This document shows positions 44,756 to 54,714 of a stretch of 56,859 nucleotides of DNA, one piece after another (positions within the stretch are counted from its first letter, which is position 1; every line of letters begins with the position of its first letter). Origin of the DNA: a virus (Duplodnaviria > Caudoviricetes); IMG/VR virus record IMGVR_UViG_3300010371_000042, positions 1 through 56,859 of that record; one strand, written 5' to 3'. The position numbers and the translations under genes are program-made. Under the pieces are notes generated by a model, which made no database searches, had not been told where the DNA came from, and saw only the letters and a program-made list of their open reading frames with translations.

Positions 44756-47700
44756 ATGGCTGACATCCCGGCCATCGACGTCGCGAGCGGTCAGCCGACG
44801 CAGGTCCCGCAGGAGGCGGCGGCCGCGGCATACCGCTCAGGAAAGATCCGCTTCGCGCCTGGAACCAGCGTTCCGATCACATGGCAGGGCCAGTCGTGGT
44901 CGGTGCCCGGAGAGCAGGTCGATACGGCGTTGCAGAACGGTGCGGAGCTGGACGTCGATCCGACGGGCGCCGTCAAGGCGGCGGCGGCCGGCGCAGCCCG
45001 GGGCGTTTCGCTCGGAGCGTCCGACTGGCTGGCGATCGAGGGCACCCGGCTGCTCCACGGCGACGACGCGGCGGAGCGCACGCGCCAGCAGCTCCAGGGG
45101 CTGCGCGAGGAGCACCCCGCCGCGAGCATGGGGGCCGAGGCGGCCGGCGCCATCGCGCCAATGCTCGTCCCGGGCGCCCAGGAAGCGGAGGGCGCGGAGC
45201 TGCTTGCCGGAGCGGGCGAAGGGGCGTCTGGCGCGGAGGGCGCGCTCGCCGCGCGCGACGCCGCCGAGACCGGAGAGGCCGCGCAGGCCGCAGCGCAGAT
45301 CCGCGCCGCCGCCGACCAAGCGACCGCGGTCGCGCGCGCGGACGAGGCGTCGGGCCGCACCGTCGGGAGCGCGCTCGGCTCGCTCTTCCGCCACGCGAAC
45401 CCCAACGAGATCGTCGGCCGGATCGGCGAGGGCGCCGAGGACTACATCGGTCGTCTCTTCGGAGAGAGCGGCCTCGCGGGGCCCGCGGGCACGCTCGGTC
45501 GGTGGACGGCCGAGGGCGCGATCGTAGGAGCCGCGAACGCCGCGGACGAGTCGGAGCTGGGCGACACGGACCTCACGGGAGAGTCGCTCTTTGCCAGCAT
45601 GGAGCACGGCGCGCTCTGGGGCTCGGCGCTGGGGCTCGTCGGCGCGGGGGTCGAGCGCGGGATCTCCGCCGCGGGGAGCCTCGCCGCGCGCGTCGCGGAG
45701 GGTCGGCTCGGCGCGAGCGCGGGGCAGTACCGGAGCTTCCTCGCACGCCATGGCCCCGGCACGCTCGGTATGCGCTCGCTCGAGGAGGGCATCGAGCGTC
45801 CGTTTGCGACCGGCGCCCAGAAGTACGAGCGCGCGCAGGAGGTCGTGGAGCGCGACGGGCGCATGCTCGACGGGATCGTGCGCGAGGCCGATCCGGACTT
45901 CAATGGCGCGAGCGCGCCCGAGGTCGTGCAGCACTTCGACCAGGCCGTCGACGAAGCGGTCGAGAAGGGCCGCATCTACGGCGCGAACCTGGACGCCGCG
46001 GGCGCGCAGCTCAAGTCGGAGATCCGCAAGGGCGTCGGCTGGCGCGACGATCCGGCACCCCCCGAGCCGCTCCCGGACGGCGCCGCGGAACGGCTGTACC
46101 AGGACGCGTGGCAGCGCGAGGGGCTCATCGATCCATCGAGCCCCGCGCCGCCCCCGGTGACCGGCGCGCGGGTGCGTGCGCGCTGGCGCGATCTCGCGGA
46201 CGAAGCGGGCCTCGGCACGAAGCTCGAGCGCCCGGCGAAGCGCCTGCGACCGGCGGATCTCGAGGCCTACCGCCAGAAGCTCGTGGCGCAGTTCCAGGCG
46301 ACGCGCGATGTCGCGGAGAAGCAGCGCCTCGGCGTCGTCCTCGGCACGCCCACGGCGCTCGAGGAGGGCGCGCTTCAGGACGTGAACGCGGCGGTGGCAG
46401 CGCGGAACTCGCAGCGGTCCACCCTGCGCGACCAGGCCGCGCGCGAGCTCGACGCGGTCTACCAGGAGCAGCGAGGGGCCTTCGAACAGCAGATGCAGCG
46501 CCACGAGGAGCTTCGCGCCGCCGCGGGCGATCGCGTCTCGCAGATCCACGCGGAGCGCGATCGGACGTACGCGCACATGGTGTCGGCGGTGCGCCGGTCG
46601 AACCAGGAGCTGCGCGTCCCGATCGCAGCCGTGCGCGGGGTGCGGTCGAAGATCGACGAGGTGATCCCGTACAACCGCGCGAGCGACGCGCTCACGAACG
46701 CCGCGGTGGAGCTCAAGAAGGCGGCCCGTCGGTCGCTCGAGTCGCGCGTCGAAGCTTCGATGGATCGCGCCGCGCGCGACGCCGGGAAGCCGGAGCTCTT
46801 CGCCCGGTACGTCCACGCGAAGGCGCGCTACGGGCAAGCGAAAGACATCGAGGCCGCGCTCGAGCGACAGCGTGCGCGCGAGGTGTCGCGCTTCGGGCGC
46901 GAGGTCTTCGGGCACTCGGGAGGCATCGTCGGCCACGCGATCACGGGCCTCGTGTTCGGGCATCCCCTCGGCGGCGCCGCGGCGGGGGTCGCGCGCCAGT
47001 ACGCTCCGACGCTGGCGGCGTTCCTCGCCCACAAGGTGGCGCGGTTCGCGGAGATGCGCGCGCTGCGCACCGAGATCCAGATCGCGATGCGCCGTAGCGC
47101 GCGCGCGGCCGTCACCGGCGACGCGGTCCCGCGGTTCGCCTCGATCGAGGTGCCCGACCTGCCCCCGCACGCCGCCCGGGCGACGGCCGCTGCTGCGATG
47201 AACGACGTCCTCCGGTCGGCCAAGGGTACCGACCTCGGAGAGCGGCTGGCGGCCCTCGACCCGGGCCTGTCCCTCTTCGCCCCCCGCTCCGCCGCGGCGC
47301 AGGAGGGCGTCGCGCGGCGCGCGCTCGCGTGGATCCTGACGAACATCCCCGCGCGCCTGCAGCAGCTCGTGGGAACGGGGCAGGACATCGAGAGCAGCGA
47401 CATGTCCGACACCGAGGCGCGGTCCTTCCTCGAAGCGTCCGCGGTGGCGCACGATCCGCGCGTGGCGACCGACGCCATGGCCCGCGGGGAGCTGACGCCC
47501 ACGCTCGCAAGGGGCTTCGTGGTGGTGGCGCCGAAGCTCGCGGAGCAGACCAAGCTCACTACGCAGCGGCTGCTGGCGACTGACCGCGGGGCGCGCCTGA
47601 CGGCGGGTCGCCGCGCGCAGCTCGGCCTCCTCGGCATCGAGCCGATGCCGGTGCCCATGGGCATGACCGCCGCGCTGCAGGCTTCGGCTTCGAGCGCCGC

Positions 47701-47863
47701 CTCCGGGGGCGCCGCGATGGCGCAGCCATCCGGGCAGGTGCACGCGGCGAGCGGACTGAGTAAGCTCAACGTCGCATCGATGCTTCAGACCGAGACTCAG
47801 GCGGCCGAGAACACCTCGCCGGGCCGACGCGGACGACGCGGCGCCCCGGTGGGCGGCCCCTGA
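44756..47863 (+). CDS. Putative large ejection protein 3
   Basis: 1035 aa A/G-rich helical; GAARGVSLGASD motif and glycine-zipper segments. Confidence 0.72.
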   Translation: MADIPAIDVASGQPTQVPQEAAAAAYRSGKIRFAPGTSVPITWQGQSWSVPGEQVDTALQNGAELDVDPTGAVKAAAAGAARGVSLGASDWLAIEGTRLLHGDDAAERTRQQLQGLREEHPAASMGAEAAGAIAPMLVPGAQEAEGAELLAGAGEGASGAEGALAARDAAETGEAAQAAAQIRAAADQATAVARADEASGRTVGSALGSLFRHANPNEIVGRIGEGAEDYIGRLFGESGLAGPAGTLGRWTAEGAIVGAANAADESELGDTDLTGESLFASMEHGALWGSALGLVGAGVERGISAAGSLAARVAEGRLGASAGQYRSFLARHGPGTLGMRSLEEGIERPFATGAQKYERAQEVVERDGRMLDGIVREADPDFNGASAPEVVQHFDQAVDEAVEKGRIYGANLDAAGAQLKSEIRKGVGWRDDPAPPEPLPDGAAERLYQDAWQREGLIDPSSPAPPPVTGARVRARWRDLADEAGLGTKLERPAKRLRPADLEAYRQKLVAQFQATRDVAEKQRLGVVLGTPTALEEGALQDVNAAVAARNSQRSTLRDQAARELDAVYQEQRGAFEQQMQRHEELRAAAGDRVSQIHAERDRTYAHMVSAVRRSNQELRVPIAAVRGVRSKIDEVIPYNRASDALTNAAVELKKAARRSLESRVEASMDRAARDAGKPELFARYVHAKARYGQAKDIEAALERQRAREVSRFGREVFGHSGGIVGHAITGLVFGHPLGGAAAGVARQYAPTLAAFLAHKVARFAEMRALRTEIQIAMRRSARAAVTGDAVPRFASIEVPDLPPHAARATAAAAMNDVLRSAKGTDLGERLAALDPGLSLFAPRSAAAQEGVARRALAWILTNIPARLQQLVGTGQDIESSDMSDTEARSFLEASAVAHDPRVATDAMARGELTPTLARGFVVVAPKLAEQTKLTTQRLLATDRGARLTAGRRAQLGLLGIEPMPVPMGMTAALQASASSAASGGAAMAQPSGQVHAASGLSKLNVASMLQTETQAAENTSPGRRGRRGAPVGGP

Positions 47864-47940
47864 GACGACGCTCCCGACCCTGACGATCGCGCCGCCGATA
47901 CGGCGGAAGGAGCGCGCCCCGCCCGGGCGCGACGCGGGCC

Positions 47941-48414
47941 GTGAGCCTCAAGGCCGAGCAGCAGTACCAGACGGTTCTCCCCCCCGTGGCAGGCGCCTTC
48001 GCGGCGGTCAACTGCAGCACCACGCCCACGGTCGTCGACCTGACGTCGTTGCCCGCGGACCCCGCTGCGCAGGGCGGCGGCGATCCGGGCGAGAAGAACC
48101 CCATCGGCAAGTACGTCCGCGTGACCGCCGACGGCGGGAGCATCTACTTCGTCACCGGGAGCAACATCAACGCGCTCAACGCGATCCCGAACACCGCGAT
48201 CTACTCCACGGTGAACGCGACGACGGGCGCGGTGACGGTATCCGGGAACGAGCTCGACGTGATACCCGCGGGGACCTTCAAGGACGTCTTCGTCGTCGCC
48301 GGCGCGACGCCCCAGACTGAGTTTCCGCCCGGCAAGTCCTCGCCCTCCCGCTACATCGCGTTCATGACCGCCTCCGGAAGCGCGGTCGCCCGCTTCGGGC
48401 AGGCATCTCCGTAA
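47941..48414 (+). CDS. Putative virion protein
   Basis: RBS AAGGAG; beta-rich. Confidence 0.65.
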   Translation: MSLKAEQQYQTVLPPVAGAFAAVNCSTTPTVVDLTSLPADPAAQGGGDPGEKNPIGKYVRVTADGGSIYFVTGSNINALNAIPNTAIYSTVNATTGAVTVSGNELDVIPAGTFKDVFVVAGATPQTEFPPGKSSPSRYIAFMTASGSAVARFGQASP

Positions 48415-48425
48415 CGGAGCGAACG

Positions 48426-49127
48426 ATGCTCGGTCGTCGAGGAGGAGCCGACCGTCGGGTCCCGACGTTCGCGGGATTCAAGCCGACGCAGGTCCCCGGC
48501 TGCATGCTCTGGCTGCGCGCCGACATGGGCATCACGCTCGGCACGGGCGTGAGCGCGTGGGCCGACCAGAGCGGGAACGGCAACTCGCCGACCCAGGCCA
48601 CCGGCTCCTCTCAACCGACGCTCGTGCAAAGCGCCATCGGGGGACAGCCAGCGCTCAGCTTCAACGGCACGAGCGAATACATGATCACGCCGTCCGCGTT
48701 GACGGCTGCGCCAATGACCATCTTCGCCGTTGGACAAACGGCGACGCAGAGCGTTGAGCACGCGATGATGGCCGACATCAGTGGAACTTACAATTACATC
48801 TATAGTTTTAATCCCAATTTCATTGTAGCAAATAGCGGCGGATCGCAGTTCAGCAAATCACCGACCGACACCACCATTCCGCACGTCTACGGCGTCACCA
48901 TTAACGGTGCGGCCAGCGGACTCTATGTGGATGGGGTCAAGACGACTGGCACGCTTGGCGCGAGCGCTGCAAGCAGGCAGCTATTTGGGGCCTACCCGGG
49001 ACCAACGGTCTATTGGGACAAGTACATCGCTGAGGTCATCTTCTACACCTCTGTTCTCAGCGCTGCGAACATCTCCCAGGTCGGCAAGTACCTCGCATCG
49101 CGATACGGAATAGCGGGTAGCTGGTGA
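48426..49127 (+). CDS. LamG/concanavalin-like protein, candidate receptor binding
   Basis: LWLRAD...VSAWADQSGNGN..TQ...QP, IAEVIFY..LS......YL..RYGI. Confidence 0.8.
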   Translation: MLGRRGGADRRVPTFAGFKPTQVPGCMLWLRADMGITLGTGVSAWADQSGNGNSPTQATGSSQPTLVQSAIGGQPALSFNGTSEYMITPSALTAAPMTIFAVGQTATQSVEHAMMADISGTYNYIYSFNPNFIVANSGGSQFSKSPTDTTIPHVYGVTINGAASGLYVDGVKTTGTLGASAASRQLFGAYPGPTVYWDKYIAEVIFYTSVLSAANISQVGKYLASRYGIAGSW

Positions 49128-49429
49128 TGCAGGCCTTCATCTTCAACAGCCTCGCCGCCGCGCAAGCGGCCGTCGCCGCGGTCGATCCGCCGCTTGGGAT
49201 GCCCATCGCGGGACGCGACGTCGGCGGAGGAGCGCACGTCCCCGCGTCCGAGTCGGTCACGCAGACTTACGCGGCCATCTTCCAGAACGCGACCGGAGCC
49301 CTCTGGGCTCTCCTCGCCGACGCCAAGACGACGCCGCATGCCTCGGTGCATGCGGTGAGCGCCATCCCGACGCCGATCGACATGAGTAGCACCGGAAACT
49401 GGGCGAACGCAGTGCAGGTGTGGCCATGA
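49124..49429 (+). CDS. Hypothetical protein
   Basis: Coupled to both neighbours. Confidence 0.6.
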   Translation: MMQAFIFNSLAAAQAAVAAVDPPLGMPIAGRDVGGGAHVPASESVTQTYAAIFQNATGALWALLADAKTTPHASVHAVSAIPTPIDMSSTGNWANAVQVWP

Positions 49430-49635
49430 GCCTCGACCACCTCGACGCCCACGACACGGTGCGATCCGTCGCCTTGGGCCTCGGCGCTGGCATCGTCGCG
49501 CTGCTCGAGGAAGCTGGAGGCATCGCGGAGAAGATCCTGATGGCCGCCGTCCTGGCCCTCGTCACTGGCTTCGCGGCGAAGCTCGGGCAGCACCTCTGGG
49601 CGCGCCTGCAGGCCCGCTTCTTCCCCCCGAAGTGA
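49426..49635 (+). CDS. Small membrane protein (holin-like)
   Basis: Two hydrophobic segments, basic C-terminus. Confidence 0.55.
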   Translation: MSLDHLDAHDTVRSVALGLGAGIVALLEEAGGIAEKILMAAVLALVTGFAAKLGQHLWARLQARFFPPK

Positions 49636-49638
49636 CCC

Positions 49639-50262
49639 ATGGGCAAGCCCTCCAGCGCGCAGCGCGAGAAGATGACCGGCGACGCGAAGCGAACCGCCTT
49701 CAGCGAGGGCGCCGCGCTCCGCGCATCGCTCCCACGAGGCCCCGGCGGCGACGCGCTCCTCTGCCAGGAGACGATCGCCGCCATCGCCATGGTCGTGAGC
49801 GAGGGACTGCCCGTTGAGAGCGCGGCGAAGGTCGTGGGTCTCACGCGCACGACGCTCCAGCGGTGGATCGCCGAGGGCGGACAGGCCGTCGCCGCGGGCA
49901 AGGACACGCTCCAGGCGCGACTCTGCTGGGCGCTCGACGCGGCGGCCGGCGACTCCGAGCGCGCGCTCGTGCGCATGGCGATGCGCGGCGCCGAGTCGGA
50001 CCCTCAGGTGGCAATGGGCATCCTCGCTGTCCGCCGCCCGGACCACTGGGCCCCCGCGCAGCCGGAGCGCGACGATCCGAAGAAGCTCTACGCCGGCATG
50101 ACGGAGGAGGAGCTCTTGGCGGAGGTGGACCGCCTACGGCATGCGCGACGGGGACTTGCAGCGCTTCCTCCGTCGCGAGAAGTAAAGATGGATGGCGGCA
50201 ACGGCGACGCTGCAGGTGCTTCTCGCGATGGCCAACAGCACGTCGTACGCGAGCCTCAATGA
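49639..50262 (+). CDS. Terminase small subunit-like HTH protein
   Basis: ESAAKVVGLTRTTLQRWI.EG HTH, helical core, LAVRRPDHW, MTEEEL tail. Confidence 0.6.
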   Translation: MGKPSSAQREKMTGDAKRTAFSEGAALRASLPRGPGGDALLCQETIAAIAMVVSEGLPVESAAKVVGLTRTTLQRWIAEGGQAVAAGKDTLQARLCWALDAAAGDSERALVRMAMRGAESDPQVAMGILAVRRPDHWAPAQPERDDPKKLYAGMTEEELLAEVDRLRHARRGLAALPPSREVKMDGGNGDAAGASRDGQQHVVREPQ

Positions 50263-50590
50263 CCAGGAGACGGTCCTACTCTCGCAACTCGCCAACAGCC
50301 CGATCATCCGCACCACCAAGCCGCTGAGCGTCGGCGACAACACGATCACGCCGCCGCAGTCGCCGCTTCCGACGGCGACGTGGGCGCTCCTCGTCATCCC
50401 CTCGGGCGGCAACCCGGTGCTCAAGCTCAAGGGTGCCGCGGGCGACACCGGCTACACGCTGGGCGTCCCGTCCTCGGGTCAGAACCTCGTGCTCCTGCCT
50501 CTCGGAACGGCGACGGGCCCCGACGGCAATGTCGGAAGCTTCATCGTCAACGCGAACGAGATCGCGGCGCTGCTCATTTATTGGATCTGA
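50192..50590 (+). CDS. Putative virion protein
   Basis: LKLKGAAGDTG motif, beta-rich. Confidence 0.6.
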   Translation: MAATATLQVLLAMANSTSYASLNDQETVLLSQLANSPIIRTTKPLSVGDNTITPPQSPLPTATWALLVIPSGGNPVLKLKGAAGDTGYTLGVPSSGQNLVLLPLGTATGPDGNVGSFIVNANEIAALLIYWI

Positions 50591-50617
50591 TCCATCCATC
50601 GAAGGACCTCGACGCCC

Positions 50618-52246
50618 ATGTCCAACGACACGATACCTGCGCCCCCGGAGTCAGCGAAGAAGCCCCACCTCTTCGTCGCGGTGCTCGCCGGCGGGGGCCG
50701 AGTGGCCTGGACGCACGGCCCCTTCACGCACGAACTGCGCTCAATCTGCGCCATCAACGGCATCGACCTGACGATCCAGTATGACCCGGGAACAGGCGTC
50801 GACCGGGCGCGCAACAAGCTCGCCTCGCGCATCGTCGATGACGAGTCGTTCACGCACATGCTGCAGCTCGACGACGACATCGTGGCCAAACCGCACGACA
50901 TCGTGAAAATGGTCCGCACGGGGCTCGACGTCGTCTCGGGCATCTACCCTCGAAAGACGATCGAGTGGGCGCAGGTCGCCGACGCCGTGAAGCGAGGTGT
51001 CCCGGTCGAGGAGCTCGAGGACTACTCGTGCTCCTTCATCTTCAACCAGATCGTGGACAACGAGGGCCGCGCGAACGCCCGCGACTTCGGCCATCTGGGG
51101 ACCTTCGTCGAGGTCGAGGAGGTCGGCACAGGGTGCCTGATGGTCACGCGTGAGGCGCTCCTCCGGTACATCGAGCACTACCGCGAGCGCATCGAGTACG
51201 TGACCGACTACGCGCCTCGCGACCGAGTGCACCACAACGTCTTCCTCTGCCAGAACGACCCGGGCGCAGAACGGGAGCGGGCGGCGACGGCGCTCCTCGA
51301 AGCAGCAAAGCTGGAGCCCGACGGAAGCGGAGGTGCGTCGCTCGAACTGGGGGCCACGGCGCGCGCGTACCGCGAGGCCGCCGCGAAGCCCGCGTCGATG
51401 GGCCGCCTCCTGACCGAGGACTACAGCTTTTGCCGACGCTGGCGCCTGATGGGGGGCAAGGTCTACGCGGGCATCGACATCGAACTTCAGCACGTCGGCG
51501 GCTACGTCTTCAAGGGCAAGCTCCGGAAGACGCTCGGCCTGAACGTAGTCGATCCCGAGAAGACGCCGACGCTGAAGGTCTGTCCCCCGGAGCACGCGGG
51601 CGTGATGAGCGTTCTCGCGGGCTCCTACGATGTGCCGGAGTTGGACGCCCTTGAGAAGCCCTGCGTGCTCGACATCGGCGCGAACATCGGCGCCTTCAGC
51701 GCGTGGATCGCGAAGCGACGCCCGGGCTGCACCATCGCCGCGTTTGAGCCCCACCCCGACCACGTCGCACTGCTTCGCCAGAACGTGGAGGGGACCGATT
51801 GCGACGTGATGCCGTTCGCTGTGGACGCTCGGCGTGAGCGGGGTCGGTCGATGCTCTTCGACGGGATGCACAACCCGGGGGAGCGTTCGCTGAAGCAGAT
51901 GGGCGAGCAGCTCTCCACGGGCGTCGTCGTCGACACGTTCCCCGCCGCGAACCTGCCGACGTGCGACGTGATGAAGCTCGACACCGAGGGGTGCGAGGTC
52001 GACATCCTGCGCGCGTATCCGCATCTCGCAAAGGTCCGGGTGCTGATGCTCGAGTGGCACTCGAAGGAGGACTACGCGCTCCTGACGGCGTGGCTCCCGG
52101 CGATGGGTCTTCGGCTTGTGCGAGACGACACGAAGGGCGTCTGGGCGAGGGACCGCAATCTCGTGTTCGTGCACGACAACTCGACCCAGACGAGGGCGAC
52201 GAACGTCGTGGAGACCTCGTACGGGCCAGGAGACGATCGCGCGTAG
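50618..52246 (+). CDS. Glycosyltransferase-like domain fused to FkbM-family methyltransferase
   Basis: N-half: RARN, LDDDI, GIYPRK, GTGCLMV.R, TEDYSFCRRW, LQHVG; C-half: LDIGANIG, AFEP, MKLDTEGCE, EWH. Confidence 0.88.
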   Translation: MSNDTIPAPPESAKKPHLFVAVLAGGGRVAWTHGPFTHELRSICAINGIDLTIQYDPGTGVDRARNKLASRIVDDESFTHMLQLDDDIVAKPHDIVKMVRTGLDVVSGIYPRKTIEWAQVADAVKRGVPVEELEDYSCSFIFNQIVDNEGRANARDFGHLGTFVEVEEVGTGCLMVTREALLRYIEHYRERIEYVTDYAPRDRVHHNVFLCQNDPGAERERAATALLEAAKLEPDGSGGASLELGATARAYREAAAKPASMGRLLTEDYSFCRRWRLMGGKVYAGIDIELQHVGGYVFKGKLRKTLGLNVVDPEKTPTLKVCPPEHAGVMSVLAGSYDVPELDALEKPCVLDIGANIGAFSAWIAKRRPGCTIAAFEPHPDHVALLRQNVEGTDCDVMPFAVDARRERGRSMLFDGMHNPGERSLKQMGEQLSTGVVVDTFPAANLPTCDVMKLDTEGCEVDILRAYPHLAKVRVLMLEWHSKEDYALLTAWLPAMGLRLVRDDTKGVWARDRNLVFVHDNSTQTRATNVVETSYGPGDDRA

Positions 52247-52291
52247 AACGGCGAGTGGCGAGTCCGACGTGAGGCGTCGCAAGCTCGGGGC

Positions 52292-52858
52292 ATGAACCCG
52301 ACGCCCACGCCCCCGCTCACGTATGTCAAGCTGGCCATCGTCGCCCTCGCGCTCGTCGGAGGCTTCGTCCTCTGCGCCCTCGGCAAGATCGACGCGTCGT
52401 CGATGTTCGACAAGACGAGCACGATGATCGGCGCCCTCGTGGTCGCCCTGGGGATCTCGGGCGCCGGGGCGGCGATCGCCGGCAAGCTCGCGTCGACTTC
52501 GCCCTCCTCTCCGGTCGACTCGAAGTCCTCGCAGCGGGGCTTCAGCGCGTACGGCGTTCTCGTGGGGGTCTCCTTCGGCGCCCTCGGAGCCGCGGTGTTG
52601 GCCGCCTGCCTCTCCGCGTGCACCCCGCAGCAGGCTGTGAACGTGGAGAACGCTGTCTTCACATCGGCCGACGTCGCGTGCATCGCGGCGAACTCCGGGC
52701 TGCTCGGAAACTCGACGGCCGTGCAGGACATCATGAACGCCTGCCAGATCGCGCCGGCGCTACAGGGGCCGGTCACACAGCTCGTGAACGACTTCGTGAC
52801 GGCGAAAGCTGCGCAGCTTCACGCCCCCTCGACGGTGGACGGCGGGGGCTCGCGGTGA
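52292..52858 (+). CDS. Multi-pass membrane protein (holin/spanin-like)
   Basis: Three hydrophobic segments; third ends in lipobox-like LSA-C. Confidence 0.6.
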   Translation: MNPTPTPPLTYVKLAIVALALVGGFVLCALGKIDASSMFDKTSTMIGALVVALGISGAGAAIAGKLASTSPSSPVDSKSSQRGFSAYGVLVGVSFGALGAAVLAACLSACTPQQAVNVENAVFTSADVACIAANSGLLGNSTAVQDIMNACQIAPALQGPVTQLVNDFVTAKAAQLHAPSTVDGGGSR

Positions 52859-53601
52859 GCACCTGCTGCGTCATCATCATCGAGGCGACGACGTCGCCGC
52901 TCATTCCCCAGGTCACGGCGGCATGGCTCGCGCGGTGTGCGCAGGCGTGCGCCACGCAACTCAATCGCGACGTGGCCCCGATCTGGGGCGGCGGCTCCTG
53001 GGGCGTGCGCGTCGGCTCTGGGCCCACGGACGTGCACCCAGGCGAGATGGTGTTCTCGATCGTCGACCAGCTCCCGGACGCGCCGGGCGCGGTCGCGTAC
53101 CACGACGTCGCCGGCGCTGCGGTGCCGGTGGCGTTTCTCGCGCTCGCGACCTGCCAGACGCTCGACGACGTCTCGACGGCGATCTCGCACGAGCTCTGCG
53201 AGACGGCCGGCGACGAGGCGTGCAACCTGTGGGCGGACGACGGCGCGGGCCACGAGTGGGCTCGCGAGCTCTGCGATGCGGTCGAGAGCGGCTGGTACAA
53301 CGTGGACCTCGGCGAAGGACAGTCGCCGATCAAGGTCTCTGACTTCCTGCTCCCCGCGTTCTTCGCGCCGGGCGCCACCGGCCCACTCTCGTTCGTCGCG
53401 TCGACAAGCCCCGCGAGCGCCAGCTTTCCTTCGGCCCCCTTCGCGACGGCCGCCGGCGGCTACCAGCTCCAGCGCTCGAGCGGCGCGGGGGAGACGCAAG
53501 TCACCGCGGACAGCGCGAGCCGACGCGGGGCGCTCGCGCGCGCGCGGAAGCACCACTGGAGCTCGCGTCCCGCGCGGCGCGGTCTGCGGCCGTCGCCGTG
53601 A
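52855..53601 (+). CDS. Zincin-like metalloprotein
   Basis: GAVAYH, SHELCE...D, ELCDAVE, VSDFLLPAFF. Confidence 0.7.
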   Translation: MSTCCVIIIEATTSPLIPQVTAAWLARCAQACATQLNRDVAPIWGGGSWGVRVGSGPTDVHPGEMVFSIVDQLPDAPGAVAYHDVAGAAVPVAFLALATCQTLDDVSTAISHELCETAGDEACNLWADDGAGHEWARELCDAVESGWYNVDLGEGQSPIKVSDFLLPAFFAPGATGPLSFVASTSPASASFPSAPFATAAGGYQLQRSSGAGETQVTADSASRRGALARARKHHWSSRPARRGLRPSP

Positions 53602-53915
53602 AGCTCCACGTCCTCGCGTTCCTGCCGCTCCTGCTGATGCCCTGGGTGGCGCTCGGCATCCTCGGGGCGGCGGGTCTCATCGCGGGCGGCTGCGCGTCGT
53701 CGCCCGATCTGCCGCCGCCTGCGCCGGCGCCGGTGCTCGTGCAGGACGATCCGCACTGGCGCGAGCACCCGGACTGCCTGTGGTGTCGGGAGCAGTGCTG
53801 GCTGGACATCGAGTATCGGTGCGTGGGCTACGCCCAGACCGCCGACGATATCACCCGATGCCAGGCTTGGGACGGCAGCGCACCGGCGCCGGTCGATGCG
53901 GGGTGTGCGTGGTGA
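53598..53915 (+). CDS. Cys-rich membrane protein or lipoprotein
   Basis: Long hydrophobic N-terminus ending AGG-C; multiple Cys. Confidence 0.6.
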   Translation: MKLHVLAFLPLLLMPWVALGILGAAGLIAGGCASSPDLPPPAPAPVLVQDDPHWREHPDCLWCREQCWLDIEYRCVGYAQTADDITRCQAWDGSAPAPVDAGCAW

Positions 53916-54424
53916 CCCGCGGTCTCGTGGCCATCATCGCAGTGGCATGGACGCTCGCCGGCTGCGCGACCACGACGACCACGCACGGCGTCCCGAACCT
54001 GCACCAGGTCGAGGGGACCGTGTGGCGCTCCGGTCAGCCATCGACGCCGGAGGCGTGGCGCTACCTGCGCTCCCTCGGCATCACCACGGTCGTGAAGCTC
54101 AATCGCGAGTCGGAGGGCAGCGACGCTGGCGCCGTCGCCGCGGGGATGACTGTCATCGCGATCCCCATGCCGCCGTCGGACATCTGGGAGACGCTCACGC
54201 AGCCTGCGCAATCGGACATCCGGCGCGCCGTCGCCGCGATGCGCGAGGGCCATGCGCTCGTGCATTGCACCCACGGCGAAGACCGCACGGGGCTCGCCGT
54301 CGGCGCGTATCGCGTGTGGGTCGACGGGTGGCCAAAGCGCGCCGCGCGCCGCGAGATGGACGCCGACGGGTTCCACCAGGAGCTCGTGGGGCTCGACGAG
54401 GCGTGGGAGGCGCTGGCGCCGTGA
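53912..54424 (+). CDS. Dual-specificity/tyrosine phosphatase family lipoprotein
   Basis: Lipobox LAG-C; WRSGQP, LGITTVVKLN, HCTHGEDRTG (CX5R). Confidence 0.88.
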   Translation: MTRGLVAIIAVAWTLAGCATTTTTHGVPNLHQVEGTVWRSGQPSTPEAWRYLRSLGITTVVKLNRESEGSDAGAVAAGMTVIAIPMPPSDIWETLTQPAQSDIRRAVAAMREGHALVHCTHGEDRTGLAVGAYRVWVDGWPKRAARREMDADGFHQELVGLDEAWEALAP

Positions 54425-54714
54425 CCCGCGCTCTTGTCGCCCTGCTCGCGGTGACGCTCGTCGCCGCGGTCGTCGCCGCCAGCGGCGATCTGCTGCTCGG
54501 GTGCGGCGGCAACGGGTGGACGCCCGCCGACAGCAAGAGCGCCCGCGATGCGCTCAGCGCGCAGCGCACGCTGCTCGACGTGTGCTCGAGCGACGCCGGG
54601 TGCACGCCGCCGATGGTGCGCGCCGTCGAGCGCGCGAGCACCTGCAACCTCGCGTCGATGCTGCACCGGCACGGGGCGGACGTGGCGGATGCTGGGGATG
54701 GGTGCGCGCCTTGA
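54421..54714 (+). CDS. Small lipoprotein
   Basis: Hydrophobic N-terminus, LLG-C, Cys pairs. Confidence 0.6.
   Translation: MTRALVALLAVTLVAAVVAASGDLLLGCGGNGWTPADSKSARDALSAQRTLLDVCSSDAGCTPPMVRAVERASTCNLASMLHRHGADVADAGDGCAP

Noticed and set aside
48426-49127. Possible diversity-generating retroelement target
   Set aside because: No reverse transcriptase and no template/variable repeat pair seen
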